From: an uncultured Gemmatimonadaceae bacterium
Lineage (GTDB): Bacteria; Gemmatimonadota; Gemmatimonadetes; Gemmatimonadales; Gemmatimonadaceae
Assembly (NCBI GenBank): GCA_963740355.1
Contig: CAVUDW010000002.1
Location: forward strand, 352,001-416,000
DNA length: 64,000 nt
Direction of reading: 5' to 3'
The position numbers and the translations under genes are program-made. The notes beneath the pieces were generated by a model. It searched no databases. It worked only from the letters and a program-made list of their open reading frames with translations, and was not told the origin of the DNA. Shown one piece after another: positions 47,945 to 57,690 of this stretch. Position 1 is the stretch's first letter, and each line of letters starts with the position of its first letter.

Positions 47945-48535
47945 ATGAAGTACATGCAGAAACAGGGTCCGCTGGCACTGGCACTGCTCGTTGCCGGTGT
48001 TTCAGCCGGTTCGACACTCGGCGCGCAGGTCACGGAGGTCGCTCGCCGTCCGATCGCCGACATCGCGCACCTCACGTTCGGCTCGTTGTGCGAGGACAAG
48101 TTCGTCATTCGCAACGATGGCCCGAACCCGGTGAATCTCGAGTACGCGGTGGAGAAGGGCACCGAGCACACGCGCCTCACGCTCAACGGTCGAGAGCAGG
48201 TGGAGCTCGAATCGAAGTCGAAGGAAGCGATGGAGTTGTGGATGGACGGCAAGCTGGTCGCGAAGGCCGAGAAGGAAGGCCGGAAGTGCCGCGACGTACA
48301 GGGCAACGCGTCCGTCGCCGTTGCACCACTGGAAGTGCCGAGCACCAACAACGATCGCAATGATGACCGACGCGGTGGTATGCGTATGGGCGTCGGCGTC
48401 GGCTATGGCTATCCGTTCTACGATCCGTGGTATGGCCCGTATGGCGCCTATGGCTGGGGATACCGTCCGTTCTACTCGGGCTTCTACGGCGTGCCGATCA
48501 TCATCGGTGGCGGCCGCGGCGGACGTCGGCGCTAG
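47945..48535 (+). CDS. Hypothetical secreted protein with Gly/Tyr/Pro-rich C-terminus
   Basis: GGAGG RBS, signal-like N-terminus, two Cys, GYGYPFYDPWYGPY tail. Confidence 0.75.
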   Translation: MKYMQKQGPLALALLVAGVSAGSTLGAQVTEVARRPIADIAHLTFGSLCEDKFVIRNDGPNPVNLEYAVEKGTEHTRLTLNGREQVELESKSKEAMELWMDGKLVAKAEKEGRKCRDVQGNASVAVAPLEVPSTNNDRNDDRRGGMRMGVGVGYGYPFYDPWYGPYGAYGWGYRPFYSGFYGVPIIIGGGRGGRRR

Positions 48536-48566
48536 AACGTAGAAAGGCGAGTCAGCGGTCGTGCAC

Positions 48567-48608
48567 TGTCGTCGCGACGCTCGGTCGTCATCGAGCGTCG
48601 CGACGACA
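48567..48608. terminator. 17-bp hairpin between convergent genes
   Basis: tgtcgtcgcgacgctcg / cgagcgtcgcgacgaca. Confidence 0.6.
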
Positions 48609-48640
48609 ATTCTTCGACGTAACTGCAAGCGCACGTTCCA

Positions 48641-49231
48641 TCACCGCCTCGCCCGGAATCGTCGCGCCGCCAGCACGCCGCCAATGAATCCGCCGAGATG
48701 CCCCTGCCAGCTCACACCCGGCACGCCCGGCAGGACACCAGCCACCGTCCCGCCCCAGACCACCGCGACGGCGATGCTGATCAGCACACTCGCAACGCTG
48801 CGCGCATACCACCCGGCCAGCAGCAAGAAGCCGAGGTAGCCGAAGATCACGCCACTGGCGCCGACGTGCACGGTGTTCGGTGCGCCGATCGTCCACGCCA
48901 GCAGGCCTGAGCCGAGCATCGCATACAGCGTCACGGTCAGGAAATGACGACTGTCGCGCAGCATTACCAACCAGCCGAAGAGCAGGAACGGCACCGTGTT
49001 CGCAATCAGGTGATTGAGGTTCGCGTGGAGGAACGGCGCGACCAGGATCCCGATCAATCCATCGGTGGTGCGCGGCACGATGCCGAATCGCAGCAGCGCC
49101 CCGCCCAGCACCGCGTTGACGCCGAACGTTGCCCACAGCGCCGTGACCGACGTGCCGAGGGTGACGGCCTGCGTCTTGACCGACCTGGTGACTTGTCGCG
49201 AGGTGCGTGCAACAGCGCTCTTCGATGCCAT
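48641..49231 (-). CDS. Rhomboid family intramembrane serine protease
   Basis: PFLHANLNHLIAN, GASG catalytic Ser, SWQGHLGG. Confidence 0.92.
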   Translation of the reverse strand: MASKSAVARTSRQVTRSVKTQAVTLGTSVTALWATFGVNAVLGGALLRFGIVPRTTDGLIGILVAPFLHANLNHLIANTVPFLLFGWLVMLRDSRHFLTVTLYAMLGSGLLAWTIGAPNTVHVGASGVIFGYLGFLLLAGWYARSVASVLISIAVAVVWGGTVAGVLPGVPGVSWQGHLGGFIGGVLAARRFRARR

Positions 49232-49235
49232 GCGA

Positions 49236-49757
49236 TCAGGGAGCAGCGGGCAGCGTGTACTCGAGGTCATACGAGTGCTGCTTGCCCTCGATGATGATCA
49301 TCAGTGTGCCGCTGATTCCCGTCAGCTCATCGGTGCCGCTGTCAGGCACGATCGTGATCACCAGCGACTGCACACCGCGGGTCACGATGCCGGTGTGCTG
49401 CATCACGAAGCTCCCCTTCTTGCCCGCCACGGTGCCGGTGAACTTCTCGATCGCCGAGTAGGCCGCCGAACCCTTCACCGTCCCCATACCCGTCAGCATC
49501 TGACCCTTGCCGGTGCCGACGATGTCACCGCTGAACTGCTTGTCGATCGTCATCCGTCCCAGGGTCGCCGCATCGGTGTACGCATCGACGGGGAGGGGCG
49601 AGATCTGCACTTCGAAGGTGCCTCGGGCATGCATCGTCGCCAGCTCCATGGACTGTGAGTGAAATGCCGCATGTGCCACAGCACCCGCGGTCGTGACCTG
49701 GGCCATCGGCGTAATGGCCGACAGTGTACAGGCTCCTACGTACAGCAGGTGCCGCAT
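49236..49757 (-). CDS. DUF3224 domain protein
   Basis: IDKQFSGDIVG, FTGTVAGKKGSFVMQH, IVPDSGTDELTGISG; GGAGG RBS. Confidence 0.88.
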   Translation of the reverse strand: MRHLLYVGACTLSAITPMAQVTTAGAVAHAAFHSQSMELATMHARGTFEVQISPLPVDAYTDAATLGRMTIDKQFSGDIVGTGKGQMLTGMGTVKGSAAYSAIEKFTGTVAGKKGSFVMQHTGIVTRGVQSLVITIVPDSGTDELTGISGTLMIIIEGKQHSYDLEYTLPAAP

Positions 49758-49818
49758 GTTTCCTCCCATGTGTTGTCGCCCGGCGACGATCCAGTCGATC
49801 GGCCGGCGCTCGATCAAC

Positions 49819-50352
49819 CTATGGCGCCGCCAGCAGCTGTTCGACTGCGTCGGGCCAATCGGTCACGCGCCGAAAGCGCGTTTCGTTCACGTTATGGGGC
49901 GCGGTGAAGATGATTGGCTCGCCGCGGAACCGGATCAGCTGGTATGGACTGTCGTCGATCAGGTAGTCGGCGCCGATGACACTCTTGTCACCACAAAAGA
50001 TGCAGTTCGACGGCGCAATGTCGGGGAAGTGTTCACGCAGCCACTCGAACTTCGCATTGAAGCTGACGGGGTGCTCCATCGCCGCACTGGCCACGAAGAT
50101 CTCGTAGCGGTCGCTGAGGGCCCGTACCGCCTCCACCGCGCCAGGCATCAGCGGGATGTCACGAAAGAACGTCGGGTGATGCAGGTGCTCGAGGATTCGC
50201 GGGCGATGCGCCTCCGGCACGATGTGGTGGAAGTGCTTGCCATACAGGTCGTCCATCGTCAGGCCGGGGCCAAAATCCCGTGCGTACCATGCCAGCTGAT
50301 GCGCCGCCGTGTCAGCCAGCACTTCGTCCATGTCGATCGCAATGCGTTGCAC
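49819..50352 (-). CDS. 5'(3')-deoxyribonucleotidase (NT5C, HAD family)
   Basis: IAIDMDEVLAD, KFEWLREHFP, ADYLIDDSP, APHN. Confidence 0.92.
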   Translation of the reverse strand: MQRIAIDMDEVLADTAAHQLAWYARDFGPGLTMDDLYGKHFHHIVPEAHRPRILEHLHHPTFFRDIPLMPGAVEAVRALSDRYEIFVASAAMEHPVSFNAKFEWLREHFPDIAPSNCIFCGDKSVIGADYLIDDSPYQLIRFRGEPIIFTAPHNVNETRFRRVTDWPDAVEQLLAAP

Positions 50353-50477
50353 TTCGGATTGTCCTCCGTCGGACAGGAGAAGTCGGTATCGCCTCGCCTG
50401 AGTCTATTCGGCGCTGGAATCCCGGTGCACAGTCCGGCGTCGGCCCGCGCGACCTGCGCGCGCTGACGGTGGTTCAG

Positions 50478-50744
50478 TCAGCGGAGCTTGCGCCCGGCGT
50501 ACACCGCGATGGCCGCCGGTACACCGAAGATCATGGCGAACACCGGCAGCTCCTCGCGAAAGGAGTAGCCCGCCTGCGTGACGCCGACCCACATGTTGGT
50601 CATGGCAGCCAGCAGCCAGAAGGTGATGAAGGCGAGTGTCGCGTCCTCCACGGCCGTCCCTCCTGGCTTGCCATAGCGGCGCGCCAACACCACGCTCACA
50701 GCCCAGATCAGCATCCCGCCAAGGATGAGTATCGCCGTACGCAT
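50478..50744 (-). CDS. Small membrane protein
   Basis: Three hydrophobic segments; NMWVGV..AGYSFREE; GGAG upstream. Confidence 0.75.
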   Translation of the reverse strand: MRTAILILGGMLIWAVSVVLARRYGKPGGTAVEDATLAFITFWLLAAMTNMWVGVTQAGYSFREELPVFAMIFGVPAAIAVYAGRKLR

Positions 50745-50904
50745 ACCGAACTCCGTTCAGTGTCCTGATCCGTCTCAGTCTGCGCGGAATTCAAGCGCGC
50801 GCGCCGGGGAAGCGCCAGCGATGAGGTGCGCCGCTGCCAACCGCGCGCGATACTCCTGCGTAGTCGCACGACGCCCCTGACACATCACCCTGCCCACTCC
50901 TGCC

Positions 50905-52311
50905 ATGTCGTCACGCCGCGACTTCGTCCGCACCATGGGTCTCTCCCTCGCCGCCTCGGCTGCCGCGTCTGCGGAACTCGCGGCGTTGCCGTCGAGCGAT
51001 GCGGCTGAAGGGTCCGAGCGCCTGCTGGTGCCCAATCCGCACCAGCCGACACCGGCACCGGTCGGCGTTGATCGCTTGCCGCTCGAGTGGTACAAGGCCA
51101 CCTGTCGGCGGCTGCGCGCCAGCGCCAAGGCCCGCGGACTGCACGCAGTGCTGCTGCAGTCGGATACGAACCTCGTCTACTTCACCGGCTGCTTCCGTGG
51201 CAGTGGCGAACGCACCACCTGGGCGTTGCTGCTGGTGGATGAACCGGAGACGATCTACTGGTTCTCACCCGCGATCGATCGCGACCTGATCACCTCGTGG
51301 TGGTGCACGGAGAACACCTATTACTTCTGCTATCCACACGCAGAAGGTGGCTTCCCCAATCGCGGGCAGAATGTGCGCGGATCGCGTGTCGACCTGTGGT
51401 CGTGGGTCCTCACACATCTCGCGCAGCGAGGGTTGAGCGGCAAGGCCATCGGCCTCGATCGAGAGCTCACACCCAGCAGTCAGCGCACCTTCGATCGCCT
51501 GCTGCCCGGTGCCACCAACGCCGATATCAGCGACATCTGCCTCGACATGCGCGTCATCAAGACGCCGGAAGAGATTGCGCTGATTCAACGGGCCTACCGC
51601 TACTTCGACCGTGTGCACTGCTTCGCACGCGACTACATCCTCGAGCATGGCACCAGCGCCACCGACTATCAGGTGGGCCAGGCTCTGTCGAGTTACGGCA
51701 TCAACCTCATGATGCGCGATGTGAAGCGCGACGGAAAGCCGCACAGCGCCGTGGGGATCGAAGTCACTGGCAACTACGTCCGCGCGGGTGTTGCCACGGC
51801 GTATCCGCATCCGAACCAGTTCTTTCACACCCGCTTGCAGCGCGGCCAGCCGGTCTACGTCAACTGCGACATCCTGCTCGGTGGCTTCGGCGGTGAAGGC
51901 TATCGCAACTACATCATCACGCCGAGCAACACGCACCACGATCGGATGTGGCAAGTCGTGGCGGACACGGTGCAGATCATGGTCGAGGAGACGAAGCCCG
52001 GTGCCGTCTGCTCAGAGATCGCGCAGAAGGTACACGCCTACCAGATCAAGGCCGGCATGCAGGACTTCATCTACCATCGGCCTGGCCACGGGCAGGGCAC
52101 CAACTTCGAGGGGCATCAGGCGCCGTTCCTCGCACTGGGTGACGACACCGTGGTGCAGGAAGGGATGACGTTTTCCGTCGAGCCCGGGCTCTACGACGCG
52201 CAGCGCGGCATCGGCATCAACCCCAGCGATCGCATGCTGGTGACGCGCGACCGCAGTGTCTTGATGAGCACCATCCCGTTCTCGAAGGAATGGAGCTACC
52301 TGAAGGTGTGA
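50905..52311 (+). CDS. Tat-exported M24 (Xaa-Pro peptidase/creatinase fold) protein
   Basis: SRRDFV Tat signal, NLVYFTG, MRVIKTPEEI, HRPGHGQG, GMTFSVEPGLY. Confidence 0.88.
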   Translation: MSSRRDFVRTMGLSLAASAAASAELAALPSSDAAEGSERLLVPNPHQPTPAPVGVDRLPLEWYKATCRRLRASAKARGLHAVLLQSDTNLVYFTGCFRGSGERTTWALLLVDEPETIYWFSPAIDRDLITSWWCTENTYYFCYPHAEGGFPNRGQNVRGSRVDLWSWVLTHLAQRGLSGKAIGLDRELTPSSQRTFDRLLPGATNADISDICLDMRVIKTPEEIALIQRAYRYFDRVHCFARDYILEHGTSATDYQVGQALSSYGINLMMRDVKRDGKPHSAVGIEVTGNYVRAGVATAYPHPNQFFHTRLQRGQPVYVNCDILLGGFGGEGYRNYIITPSNTHHDRMWQVVADTVQIMVEETKPGAVCSEIAQKVHAYQIKAGMQDFIYHRPGHGQGTNFEGHQAPFLALGDDTVVQEGMTFSVEPGLYDAQRGIGINPSDRMLVTRDRSVLMSTIPFSKEWSYLKV

Positions 52312-52324
52312 GTGGTTGACACAC

Positions 52325-52361
52325 AAAGGCGCACGGTCACCGGGTGGGATGACCGTGCGCC
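52325..52361 (-). terminator. Hairpin terminator between convergent genes
   Basis: ggcgcacggtca / tgaccgtgcgcc 12-bp stem, TTT on minus strand. Confidence 0.55.
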
Positions 52362-52380
52362 AGGAACAACCTGTTCTGGT

Positions 52381-52941
52381 TCAGCTCGCAGCGCGCAGCT
52401 TGACGGCTGGAACGTACACCGGTGTGTCGACGCGAGCCGCTGACATCGGGGCTCGCCACAACACGTAGACACCGTCGTCGGCATTCATCAGCGCCGTCAC
52501 CAGCGCCTCGTTGTCGAAGTCGCGAAGGCGCTGCTCGAGCGCGGTCAACAGGCCGGCTTCGACCGCCAGTGTATGCGGGATCACCACGCCGTTCTCGTGC
52601 TGGCCACGCAGCAGCAAATGCACGTCTTCCCCATCGGCAGTGCTGCGCGATGTGACCACCGCAACTTCCGTGAGGTCGGGCCACGATACCGCCTCGTGCA
52701 AGCCCTGGTCGTCATAGCGACGAATGCCCCACGGCGTGACGTCGATCGTTTCGTCGGCACTGTCACGCTCGAACGTCGGCAAGTATGGGCGGGCGGCAGC
52801 CAACACCGCCGAGCAGCTGAACGCGAACAGCATCCACCAGCCAGACGCGTCGCCATTGCGTGCGATCAACATGCCTCCAAGGGCAAGCGCGGCGGACGCG
52901 GTGATGAAAAATGCGTCCATGCGAGAATTGCGGAGCAGCAT
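52381..52941 (-). CDS. Hypothetical membrane-anchored protein
   Basis: Two N-terminal TM segments then soluble domain; AGAAAGGAG RBS before ATG 52941. Confidence 0.7.
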   Translation of the reverse strand: MLLRNSRMDAFFITASAALALGGMLIARNGDASGWWMLFAFSCSAVLAAARPYLPTFERDSADETIDVTPWGIRRYDDQGLHEAVSWPDLTEVAVVTSRSTADGEDVHLLLRGQHENGVVIPHTLAVEAGLLTALEQRLRDFDNEALVTALMNADDGVYVLWRAPMSAARVDTPVYVPAVKLRAAS

Positions 52942-53203
52942 CGTCGTTCTCCTTTCTACGCAGCATCGTCGCCGCGGCCTTGTGTCCACCTAGCCACGGA
53001 TGCGAGTCGCGTGGCTCATCCATTGGGACCGTCCAGACACTTTCACCAGCACTGTGGTGATACGTTGCATATCCGGGGCCAGTGCCTCGGCGGACTGAGC
53101 TGTAAGGACGTGTGTGCGTTGTCGCGCTCGCTACGAAAATCGAGCTCATCTGAAGACGTGTTCTTGGATCGAGCAGTCGGGCCCGCTTGAATTTCCCATT
53201 CGC

Positions 53204-53221
53204 TTGTGAAAGATTTCACAA
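53204..53221. promoter_or_regulatory. Rex operator (ROP) upstream of ndh
   Basis: TTGTGAAagatTTCACAA is an exact match to TTGTGAA-N4-TTCACAA, ~90 bp upstream of the ndh start. Confidence 0.8.
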
Positions 53222-53309
53222 GCGCCCGACAGCACGACGCGCCCACCTGAAAGGCGCCACCCCCGCCCCCGATGATTTCACTCGGGCACGGGCGCGAAGG
53301 AGCTCCGCC

Positions 53310-54692
53310 ATGCTCGCTGAACCGAACACCAGCACCCGCGTCACCAGCACTCACGCCACGGACCCGCGCCCCCATGTGGTGATCATCGGCGGTGGCTTCG
53401 CCGGCCTCACCGCGGCGCAGACCCTCGGCCGTGCCGACGTCCGCATCACACTCATCGATCGGACCAATCACCACCTCTTCCAGCCTCTGCTGTATCAGGT
53501 GGCGATGGCGGTGCTCAATCCGGCCGATATCACCGTGCCGATTCGCTGGATGCTGCGGCACCAGCCGAATGCGACTGTGATCATGGCCGAGGTGGAGGCG
53601 ATCGACACCGACGCGCGCACGCTGACACTCGACGGCGGCACGACAGTCGTCGACTGGGACTACCTGATCGTCGCCAGCGGCGCACGCCACGCCTATTTCA
53701 GTCACCCGGAATGGGAGCAGAACGCACCCGGCCTCAAGAGCATCGAGGATGCGCTCGAGCTGCGACGGCGTTTCCTGCTCTCGTTCGAGGCGGCGGAACG
53801 TGCCAGCGCGGCCGGTGAGCGGGACGCCCTGATGACCTTCGTGATCGTGGGAGGCGGCCCAACCGGCGTGGAGCTGGCCGGCATGATCCCCGAGATCACG
53901 CGACACACACTCAAGGACGACTTCCGGCGCATCGACCCCGCCTCGGCCCGGGTCATCCTCCTCGAGGGCAGCCCGCGAGTGCTCGCACAGTTCCCCGCGG
54001 AGCTGAGCGCACGCGCCAAGCGCGACCTCGAAGACCTCGGCGTCGACGTCAGGGTCAGCACCACCGTGACAAGCGTCGACGACGACGGCGTCACGCTCGC
54101 CTCAGGCGAACGCATCCTCGCCCACACGGTGTTCTGGGGCGCTGGCAATCAGGCGTCGCCGCTTGGCAAGCAACTCGGCGTTCCCCTCGACCGGGCAGGC
54201 CGCGTTCTCGTCGAGACCGATCTCTCGATTCCAGGGCACTCGCACGTGTTTGCCGTAGGCGACATTGCGGCGATCACGATGCCTGACGGCAAGCCGGTAC
54301 CAGCCGTTGCCCCAGCCGCGAATCAGATGGGCGGACATGCCGCGCAGGCAATCATTGCCGACCTGCATGGGAAGACACGCGCACCGTTCGCGTATTTCAA
54401 CAAGGGCGACCTTGCCACGATCGGTCGCTACCGAGCCGTGGCGTCGGTCGGCAAGCTCAGGATGACGGGATGGCTCGCCTGGTTGGCCTGGCTCTTCATC
54501 CACATCCTCTATCTGGCCGGATTCCGCAACCGGATCACGGTGTTCGTCCAGTGGGCGTACCAGTACTTTACGTATCAGCGCGGCGTCCGCCTCATCACGG
54601 GCACAACCGCGCATCGCCTGCTCAAGACCAGTCGTGAGCGCGAGTTGGAGCGCGCTGCGGAACGCAGGGCGGCGAGCGAAGCAGCGGCCTGA
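53310..54692 (+). CDS. ndh: Type II NADH dehydrogenase
   Basis: GGGFAG, HLFQPLLYQVA, GLKSIEDA, VGGGPTGVELAG, AVGD, KGDLATIGR; AAGGAG RBS. Confidence 0.92.
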   Translation: MLAEPNTSTRVTSTHATDPRPHVVIIGGGFAGLTAAQTLGRADVRITLIDRTNHHLFQPLLYQVAMAVLNPADITVPIRWMLRHQPNATVIMAEVEAIDTDARTLTLDGGTTVVDWDYLIVASGARHAYFSHPEWEQNAPGLKSIEDALELRRRFLLSFEAAERASAAGERDALMTFVIVGGGPTGVELAGMIPEITRHTLKDDFRRIDPASARVILLEGSPRVLAQFPAELSARAKRDLEDLGVDVRVSTTVTSVDDDGVTLASGERILAHTVFWGAGNQASPLGKQLGVPLDRAGRVLVETDLSIPGHSHVFAVGDIAAITMPDGKPVPAVAPAANQMGGHAAQAIIADLHGKTRAPFAYFNKGDLATIGRYRAVASVGKLRMTGWLAWLAWLFIHILYLAGFRNRITVFVQWAYQYFTYQRGVRLITGTTAHRLLKTSRERELERAAERRAASEAAA

Positions 54693-54861
54693 CCAGCGGC
54701 GCGGGGGATCGTTGCCCCGCCTGCTATAGTACCTGTGGCAGTACCTGTGGGTGCACCGATGACGGTGTCGCCGCGGCCTTCGAGACCAGGCGTCACGAGG
54801 CTGTGCCGATCACCGGCGCAGCGCGTTGACGTGATTGCGGCGCACCGGTAGCCTCTCACGC

Positions 54862-56865
54862 ATGGCGATGCCTCGTACCACGCCTTTCCTCGCGGACCCG
54901 TCGTCGTTGCCTGAGGCGACGGTCGCTCGGTTGGAGCACATCTTCGATGCGCTCCCGCTCGCGGTGGCTGAGTTCGATGCCGAGTTGTTGCTCATGCGGG
55001 CCAACCTCCGCTATCGCACCCTGATCGGCGCGCTCGTACCTGCCGGATGGCGCCCCACAGCCTACGACGCCTTTCCCAACGCGCTGGCGGACCTCAGCGA
55101 CGAGATCGACGCCGCCACCATTCGGCAGGAGTCGCGAACCCGACGGGTAGCGTTCCGGAATACCGCCAGCGCGCTGCAGATGGTCGAGCTGACCTTCGTG
55201 CCGCTCTCGTCCGGCGGCTTGCTGATCGTTGGCACCGAAGTGACGGAGATCGAAGGGCTGCGGCAGGCGCTCGCCCGCAGTGTGGCGCAGCTCGAGGCGA
55301 TCTTCGACGTTCTGCCCGAATCCGTTCGGGTGTTCGATCAGCAGGGTGTGGTCACGCGCGAGAATTCTGCGGCGCACTCCGATCACGCGGCGCAGGATCT
55401 GGCGTCGTTGCGCGAGTTATGGCGTGCCGACCTCCCGCGTCGCGCGGATGGCACGTCGTTGTTCGTTCATGAACATCCGACCGCCCGCGCACTGCGCGGC
55501 GAAGCGGTGCGCAACGAAACGATGCTCGTGCGTCGTGGCGTCGAGGGCGAGCAGATCATCGAGGTGAACTCGAATCCCCTGCGCGACGCTGCCAACACTG
55601 TCGTGGGGGCCGTCACGGTCGAGCGCGACGTGACCGAGCGTACCCGACTGGCTCGCGAACTGGCCGAGCAGGTGCGCCGTGCGAACGAGCTCTACGCCGT
55701 CGTGTCGACCGAGGCCGAACGGCTCGAGCGGCAAGTCAAGGAGCGTACGGTCGAGATCGAGCGATTGGAGGAGACGCGGAACCGCGAGCGTCGCCTGGCC
55801 GCTGTCGGCCAACTCGCTGCCGGTGTCATGCATGACGTGAACAATGCGCTCAACCCGATCGTCGCGGCCGCACACCTGCTCCAGATCCACGCCAACAACC
55901 CGGAAAAGGTGCGTGATTACGCGATCCGGATTGCGCGTGCTGCCGAGACCGGCGCGGCCACTGCGTCGCGTGTGGGGCGCTTCCTGCGTCAGGACCCGAT
56001 CACGCTGGCACCGGATGCGATGGTCGACCTCGCGACGGTGACGGATGAAGTGATCGCGATGACACGCCCCATCTGGGCCGAGCGCGTTGGTGGTGGATCC
56101 GTGATGCTGAACCGGACGCTGGCCGCTGGCGTGATGGCGCGTGCGGTGGCCGGTGAGGTGCGTGAAGCGTTGCTCAACCTGATCCAGAACGCCCTCGATG
56201 CGATGAAGGGCGGAGGGACGCTCGGTGTTACCGTCAGGCGCGACCGGACAAGCGCGATCGTCGAGGTGCACGATACCGGTCATGGCATGAGCCCGGAAGT
56301 TCGGGAGCGCGCCTTCGAGCCGTTCTTCAGCACGAAGGGCCCGAACGGCAGCGGGCTTGGACTGGCCGAGGTGTACGGCGTCATCAAGCGGCACAACGGT
56401 CGGGTCGAAATCGAGTCTGAAGTTGGACGGGGCACGACGGTGCGCCTGGTCTTCCCCGTTGCCGATCCTGCGACACAGACGCCACCGGTTGTCGCGGCCG
56501 TCGATCCGCACAAGCTGGCGCCGCGACGAATCCTCGTGGTCGAGGACCATGTGGACGGCCGCGAACTGGTGACGCAGGTCCTGCAGATGGCCGGACACGA
56601 GGTCGTGGCCGTCGCTACGGTCGCCGCGGCGGAAGCAGCGCTTGAAGGTGTGGCGCCACCGTTTGATGTTGTAGTCACCGATATTGGATTGCCCGACGGG
56701 GTCGGCACCGACCTCGCAACGCGAATCCGACAGCGTTTCCCAGCGATGCGCGTTGGTGTCATCACCGGGTGGGAAATGCGGCCCGAGTCGATGGCTGATG
56801 CACACTTCGCCTTGCGAAAGCCGCTGGTCGCGGAAGAATTGCTGGCGCAGGTGGCTGCGAGGTAG
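54862..56865 (+). CDS. Hybrid sensor histidine kinase (PAS-like, HisKA, HATPase, REC)
   Basis: AAGVMHDVNNAL H-box, NLIQNALDA, DTGHGM, FEPFFSTK, GSGLGL, C-terminal REC (VVEDH, TDIGLP, KP). Confidence 0.93.
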   Translation: MAMPRTTPFLADPSSLPEATVARLEHIFDALPLAVAEFDAELLLMRANLRYRTLIGALVPAGWRPTAYDAFPNALADLSDEIDAATIRQESRTRRVAFRNTASALQMVELTFVPLSSGGLLIVGTEVTEIEGLRQALARSVAQLEAIFDVLPESVRVFDQQGVVTRENSAAHSDHAAQDLASLRELWRADLPRRADGTSLFVHEHPTARALRGEAVRNETMLVRRGVEGEQIIEVNSNPLRDAANTVVGAVTVERDVTERTRLARELAEQVRRANELYAVVSTEAERLERQVKERTVEIERLEETRNRERRLAAVGQLAAGVMHDVNNALNPIVAAAHLLQIHANNPEKVRDYAIRIARAAETGAATASRVGRFLRQDPITLAPDAMVDLATVTDEVIAMTRPIWAERVGGGSVMLNRTLAAGVMARAVAGEVREALLNLIQNALDAMKGGGTLGVTVRRDRTSAIVEVHDTGHGMSPEVRERAFEPFFSTKGPNGSGLGLAEVYGVIKRHNGRVEIESEVGRGTTVRLVFPVADPATQTPPVVAAVDPHKLAPRRILVVEDHVDGRELVTQVLQMAGHEVVAVATVAAAEAALEGVAPPFDVVVTDIGLPDGVGTDLATRIRQRFPAMRVGVITGWEMRPESMADAHFALRKPLVAEELLAQVAAR

Positions 56866-56996
56866 CAGGTTGCGGGTGCTGTGGTGCACAGGGTGCGACG
56901 CGACGGGGCGTGCACACCCTTGATGAGTCGCTACATTCCCCGAGCTTCGTTTCCTGCTGGGCTCCCTTCCCAACGTATTTCCGCAAAGGCTGGTAC

Positions 56997-57608
56997 ATGG
57001 CTGACTCCCCGATCCGAGTTGTTCTGGCGGATGATGATGTGCATGCACGGCCGCTGTTGAGCGAGCTGCTGGTCTCCATGGGGTATGCCGTCGTCGGCGA
57101 GGCCGGCACCGGCCGCGAAGCAATCGCCGTTGCCGCCGAAGTCGTTCCCGATGTGGTGCTGCTCGATGTGCACATGCCGGATGGCAGTGGCATCGATGCC
57201 GCGAAGGCCATCACGGCCACCGGCGCACCGACCGCGGTGGTGCTCTTCAGCGGCGACCAGACCGTCATCATCAGCGCTGATGATGCGCGCGCAACAGCCG
57301 CCATCGCGTTCCTGCCGAAGCCCGCACCGCCGGGCATTCTCGACAGCACGCTGCGCCTCGCCGTGGCCCGCGCTCGCGAACTGTCCGAAAGTCGGCAGGA
57401 CGCCGCGTTCTGGAAGCAAAAGCTCGAAGAGCGGAAGCTGATCGAACGAGCCAAGGGCATTCTGATGCGTCGTACCGGCAGCACCGAACAGGAAGCGTAC
57501 CGCATCATGCAGCGGAGCTCGCAGGATAATTCAGTCCCGATGTCGCAGATCGCGCAGGCAGTGATCGACAGCGAGCCAGGCGCGAAGAAGCCGGAAGCGG
57601 TGGCCTGA
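56997..57608 (+). CDS. ANTAR-domain response regulator (PdtaR/EutV-like)
   Basis: REC (ADDD, LLDVHMP, KP) plus LEERKLIERAKGILM..TEQEAYRIMQR ANTAR motif. Confidence 0.93.
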   Translation: MADSPIRVVLADDDVHARPLLSELLVSMGYAVVGEAGTGREAIAVAAEVVPDVVLLDVHMPDGSGIDAAKAITATGAPTAVVLFSGDQTVIISADDARATAAIAFLPKPAPPGILDSTLRLAVARARELSESRQDAAFWKQKLEERKLIERAKGILMRRTGSTEQEAYRIMQRSSQDNSVPMSQIAQAVIDSEPGAKKPEAVA

Positions 57609-57628
57609 GTCGAACACGCTCAGCCTCC

Positions 57629-57663
57629 ACAAAAGGGCGCGCCACTCCGGCGCGCCCTTTTGT
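57629..57663 (+). terminator. Intrinsic terminator
   Basis: acaaaagggcgcgcc / ggcgcgcccttttgt. Confidence 0.8.
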
Positions 57664-57690
57664 CGTTTCCGCCCGGGCGTTCTCGCATCC

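Noticed and set aside
54729..54750. Short direct repeat gtacctgtgg x2 upstream of the kinase
   Set aside because: Only two 10-bp copies; insufficient to call a binding site
56884..56915. ANTAR dual-hairpin target upstream of the regulator
   Set aside because: Only one plausible hexaloop hairpin (cgcg-ACGGGG-cgtg); the partner has the wrong loop size, and short stems are expected by chance at this GC
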